Positions 60,080 to 64,000 of a stretch of DNA of 64,000 nt are shown in pieces (the first letter of the stretch is position 1; every line of letters starts with the position of its first letter). The notes under the pieces were generated by a model that searched no databases, was not told where the DNA came from, and worked only from the letters and a program-made list of their open reading frames with translations. The DNA lies in contig NC_045696.1 of the NCBI RefSeq assembly GCF_009834535.1, positions 109,990,001 to 110,054,000 of the forward strand, read 5' to 3'. Origin of the DNA: Camelus ferus. Lineage: Eukaryota. The translations under genes were made by a program, and so were the position numbers.

Positions 60080-60849
60080 TGAGATGCCTTTCTTGACCAC
60101 TAAGTCAAACTAGCTACCCAGTCACCCATTATCACAACAACCTTGTTAGATTTCCACATAGTACGGTTCTCTTTATGATATTTTTAAATTCCCTTATTGT
60201 CTGGGTCGGAAGCTCCAGGAAGGCAGAGATACTATTCACATTATTCACGATCAAGAATGATGCCCAGCACATAGTAGAAGCCTAATACTCTGAGTAAAAA
60301 CAAAAAGCACGTCTAAAACAGTCACAGTTGAGTAGTTTGCAAGCAAGAAACTACTTTGCTGAATGCAGATTCCTGAACCAAGCTAAGCAAAGATACTCAA
60401 CACCTGGCTTAGGTATAGCTGAGTTGGTGTAGTTGCTTTCACATCCGAAGAGAATTTTACTCACCCCTTGTACCCACAAAACCAATTCTTGGCATCCTTG
60501 GCTCTAGGCTCTGTCTCCACCGGGCGTTCACTTATCTGGAGAGTCTGCTGCGGGCATCTTCCTGTTCTGTGGCAAATCAGGAACTGCCTCCTTGACTGTC
60601 TGGGCAATCCAAAGGACTGATCTGATCTGCCAACTCATTCTCCTGACACCTAGCCTATTTATAAGAACCACATCCACTCTCTAGGTATTGAAGAACTTCC
60701 TTTGCTCCCTGTGCAAGTTGTCCTCACTAGTGGCCACTTGGTACTGTATCAGGACTCAAAGACACTCTTTCTCCTGTTGCAAAACTTACATTTCCTTTCT
60801 GGTAATCCATTATTTCCCCTAACTGTTCATGTGGAATAGGTAAAGGAAT

Positions 60850-61030
60850 ACCGGGCTTGAAGTCAGAATCCAGGGATTAAATCCTAATTCTATTATTCAC
60901 TTGTAGCCTGTAGCCTGGGTATATGATTTCACCTCACTGAGCCTCAGTTTTCTCATCCACATAAAGGGGATACTACTATCTACCTGTTAAATAAATACAT
61001 GAAAGCACCGGGGCTTGCACTCTGTAGGCA
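60850..61030 (+). mobile_element. MIR SINE
   Basis: ATTTCACCTCACTGAGCCTCAGTTTTCTCATCCACATAAAGGGGATA. Confidence 0.75.
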
Positions 61031-61767
61031 AGACAAACCCGAGCCCAGGAGGGCGGCGAGTGCAGAGCTCGTGGACCTGTCCACCTCTCAGTGCCTTCCT
61101 CTGGTGCTTCCTCAAGCGTTCATAGCAAGGAGAAAAGATTCTTTCACAGCTCCATCAGGGGAGCTTCAGAACCCCCCAAACACTTCTTTGGTCATCAAAA
61201 CACAGTTATCATAAAGGAAAGGATGATGTCTAACCACAGGCTACAGAAGCATTAAAAGCAAAAGGAAGGAATCAGACCAGGTTTATTATTAAAGTACAAA
61301 GACAGGCAGATGATGACACCGAATTATGTAAGACTCTGACTAAGTGCCAGGAATGCGCTAAGTGCCAGGAAGGTCTTGTTGGTGAGACGGAGGAATTCTC
61401 CTGGACCTACTATCCTATATTAAAATGCTATCCATCAGGACAGGCTGAGACTGAAGACTAGACCAAGGGAAAAGTCAAGGTTGTAAAGACTAAAATAACA
61501 AAATAATCATCCCCAAATAATGACCAAGAATCTGCTCACAATTATTTATATGAGTGCAAACTTTTCTTCTTCCAATCTCACATTTAAATTTTTCTACATT
61601 TTGTCAGCGAATTTTAAGCCACTTGGGGGCAGAGATCAACCTACTGTTTCCTAAGCAACAACTGTAAGAAGAAAGACTTTTCTCAAAACAGTTCATTCTG
61701 TAATAGCTTTATGTGCAGTTTGCTACCATGATGGAGGGTCCACTGAAAGCTTGCCAACCTTAAAATT

Positions 61768-61918
61768 ATTTATTTATTTTATTAAAAAGTTTTTTTTTGG
61801 GGGGGAGGCAATTAGGTTTACTCATTTGTTTTATTTTTTAGAGGAGGTGCTGGGGATTGAACCCAAGACCTTGTGCATGCTAAGCATGCGCTCTACCACT
61901 TGAGCTATATTGTCCCCT
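61768..61918 (-). mobile_element. tRNA-derived SINE (vic-1-like)
   Basis: Full head; TSD AA(C/T)CTTAAAATT at 61756 and 61921. Confidence 0.92.
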
Positions 61919-62659
61919 CTAATCTTAAAATTAAAATGTGGACACTTCAAAAAAGAAAAAGAGTAGAAACCTTTCTCTTAGAAAAAGTCCTTCCGCCTAT
62001 GTGATGGGCACACCTGGTCGCCCGTAAGGCACGTCTGTGGTGGGTGGAGCTCTCTGCTCCAGGGGTGCTCAACAAAATGCCCTGAGGTCACCAAGAAGCT
62101 ACACCAAACTGGCAATCCGCTAAAAAGCACCAGATTTTCCACCACAAAAGAGGAGCCAGAGGTGGGTGCGGCAGTTTGGGTGGGTGAGAACAGGGATGTG
62201 GATGCCAGGCGCGGTGCATCTATCACTTGCTGCCATATCCCCCGGCAACAACCTCACTGGACTGCAGAGGAGGAGCGACACTTCTTCGCATTCAGTAAGT
62301 GAGGAGACAAACTAAAGCCCCCGACTGCCAATCGGCAGAGCCGGCACCAGAAAGCTCCTGGTCCTATGGCCTCACGTAACTCAGATTATTGACATTCCCA
62401 GTCTAATTTATTAGATTTAGGAGTCAGAAGGAGGGAAAAAAAAATAGAAAGGAATTTAACTCTCGGGTTGTTCTCATTGGCAGCTTCACACCTTGCAGGC
62501 TGCTCGCAGGGCGTGAACCTCACCAGATACCACCTAGACTTCTGTCTGAAAGAGAATTAGGCTGTTTCTTTCCCTCAAAGTTTGTCATCCAACCTTAAAC
62601 CACAGTCATCAAGCCCAGATCTGTTTACTAGAGAGCTATGTGAAAAATAAATAATTTCT

Positions 62660-62820
62660 ATTATTTATTTCGCATCTATTAGGTACCAGGCATTGTGCCT
62701 GGAACTGGTGATAAGTAATCTCCCTTAATCCTCACGACCCCCTGCATGGACCAATGAGGACACTGAGGCAGCTAGTAAAGGACAGGGCCAAGATTTGAAT
62801 CCATGCTTGTCCTTCTAGTC
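62660..62820 (-). mobile_element. MIR SINE
   Basis: GTACCAGGCATTGTG...TTAATCCTCACGACCCC...ATGAGGACACTGAGGC...AGATTTGAATCCA. Confidence 0.7.
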
Positions 62821-64000
62821 ATTATTTCATACAGCTCACAATCAGCACATATAAACCAAATTAATACTGACATCTTGGATACCTGACAGCATAAACAGCA
62901 AAATTAAAGGTCAGATTGATTTAGCATAATATTAGAGTTTGGTTTTGCCTCTCACCTCCTCTAGTCATGCTACAACAGGTAGATGTACAGAATAATGATA
63001 TTGCTGGAAAATGTTCAACACAATTCTTCTGTAAAACTCAATTGCTTCTTTGAACCACCAGTATCTGCAGCTTCTGCAATCTAAAAATCAGGCAGAAGAA
63101 TTCTGAAAACATAGCAAATGAGTAGCTTAGCATTTCACATTGACTTGTAAGTCAAAAGCCAACAGAAAAAGTAAAATCTCCAACTATCTTCAGGCATGTC
63201 CACAGGGTCTGCTGGCACAGAATGGGACTTTTTCTTAGTGCCTTCTCAGCTATACTAACAATCAGCTAATCCTGAAAATGCTCTTCATATTCCAAATTTA
63301 GTCCAAGAGACTTAAATGACATCATCTTTTCTTGTCAGTAGAGTTGTCACTCTAAAACAAAAAAAAGAAAAAAAGTGTCCCTACGCAATGTTTTGACCGT
63401 TGTTCATAGCAGGAGACGATGTTTTCCAATTCCGTGTTTCACCTCTCTCTCTGCCTCACCACCGCTCTCCTCCCCGTCTGCTCCAGACGAGGAGTTCATT
63501 TTGCTTTCCTCAAAGTGTTGAGGATGCCTACTGCCAAGGGGGCAGGTCTGAAGAGGATGGAGAGGTGGGAGTCCTCCATCCCTCGTTCACACGGGGCAGT
63601 GTGAGTGCTGCACCTCTGCCCCCGGGACTGGGAGGCGGGATGGCAACCGCTGCCTCAGACACAAGGACGTGATGCTGGAGTCCCCAAGGGCCCCTCTGCA
63701 CTCGCACTCTAGTTCATCCGCTCTTGCTGGGAGGGAGCAGGGCCCCGCAGCCAGCTCCTCCTGCCCTGAATCCCCGCCACAGCCTTCCAAACCAGGCTCT
63801 GGAGGAGCCCCTAGTGTGCTTTGCTGCCTTCACAAAATGCCCTCCTGTAGCTTGATGGAAACAGTGGTGGGGGGTGGGGTATGGATGGTATTTTACCATG
63901 GGATTCAGGGGCATCTGAATCCCGTCCCACCCTTCCACTGAGGTCCCTGAGGGAAACACACGGAACAGCTCCTGCTGGAGCCCCTCGTATTGTGGGGGTT

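Larger units (their letters stand above)
59480..60290 (+). mobile_element. L2a, interrupted by an L1
   Basis: CACTCCAGCCACAACTGGCC...CCTCAGGGCCTTTG...AATGTTACCTACTCTGAGATGCCTT...AAGCTCCAGGAAGGCAG...GCCCAGCACATAGTAG. Confidence 0.8.

Noticed and set aside
221..63959. ORF-track entries as host genes
   Set aside because: All are under 150 aa, many use non-ATG starts, and none resembles a protein I recognise except TE remnants. No consistent exon chain could be built.
1..64000. CRISPR array, prokaryotic system, CpG island, processed pseudogene or internal ERV genes
   Set aside because: No regularly spaced repeats, no long ORFs, CpG depleted throughout, and no gag/pol/env or mRNA-like segment recognised by eye. 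A diverged pseudogene or short exon could have been missed.

Overview
Non-coding mammalian genomic DNA, most likely camelid (alpaca/llama/camel). The basis is 12 copies of a tRNA-derived SINE that matches my recollection of the camelid vic-1 SINE (head GGGGAGGGTATAGCTCAGTGGTAGAG...GGTCCTGGGTTCAATCCCCAGTACC, usually followed by AAATAAACCTAATTACCTCCCCC), together with laurasiatherian-type L1s. I cannot support any host protein-coding gene, structural RNA gene, CpG island or CRISPR array. The recognisable ORFs in the track are L1 ORF1/ORF2 or hAT transposase debris, and the rest look like chance ORFs. The window reads as a long intron or intergenic tract full of fossil elements (L1, L2, MIR, ERVL/MaLR and ERV1 LTRs, hAT and Tigger MITEs), separated by repeat-free blocks with enhancer-like motifs. 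The best-supported observations are structural: a twin-primed (5'-inverted) L1 with a 15-bp TSD, a probable SINE/L1 chimera with a putative 3' transduction, two L1s with large internal ORF2 deletions, an orphan L1 promoter plus ORF1 with no 3' half, and a near-intact ERV1 solo LTR. Weaker leads are a head-to-head SINE pair, RFX/TCF/p53/homeodomain motifs, and all six LTRs lying on the + strand. I found no convincing novel biological system. Repeat family names come from memory of consensus sequences, and boundaries are approximate unless a TSD is quoted.
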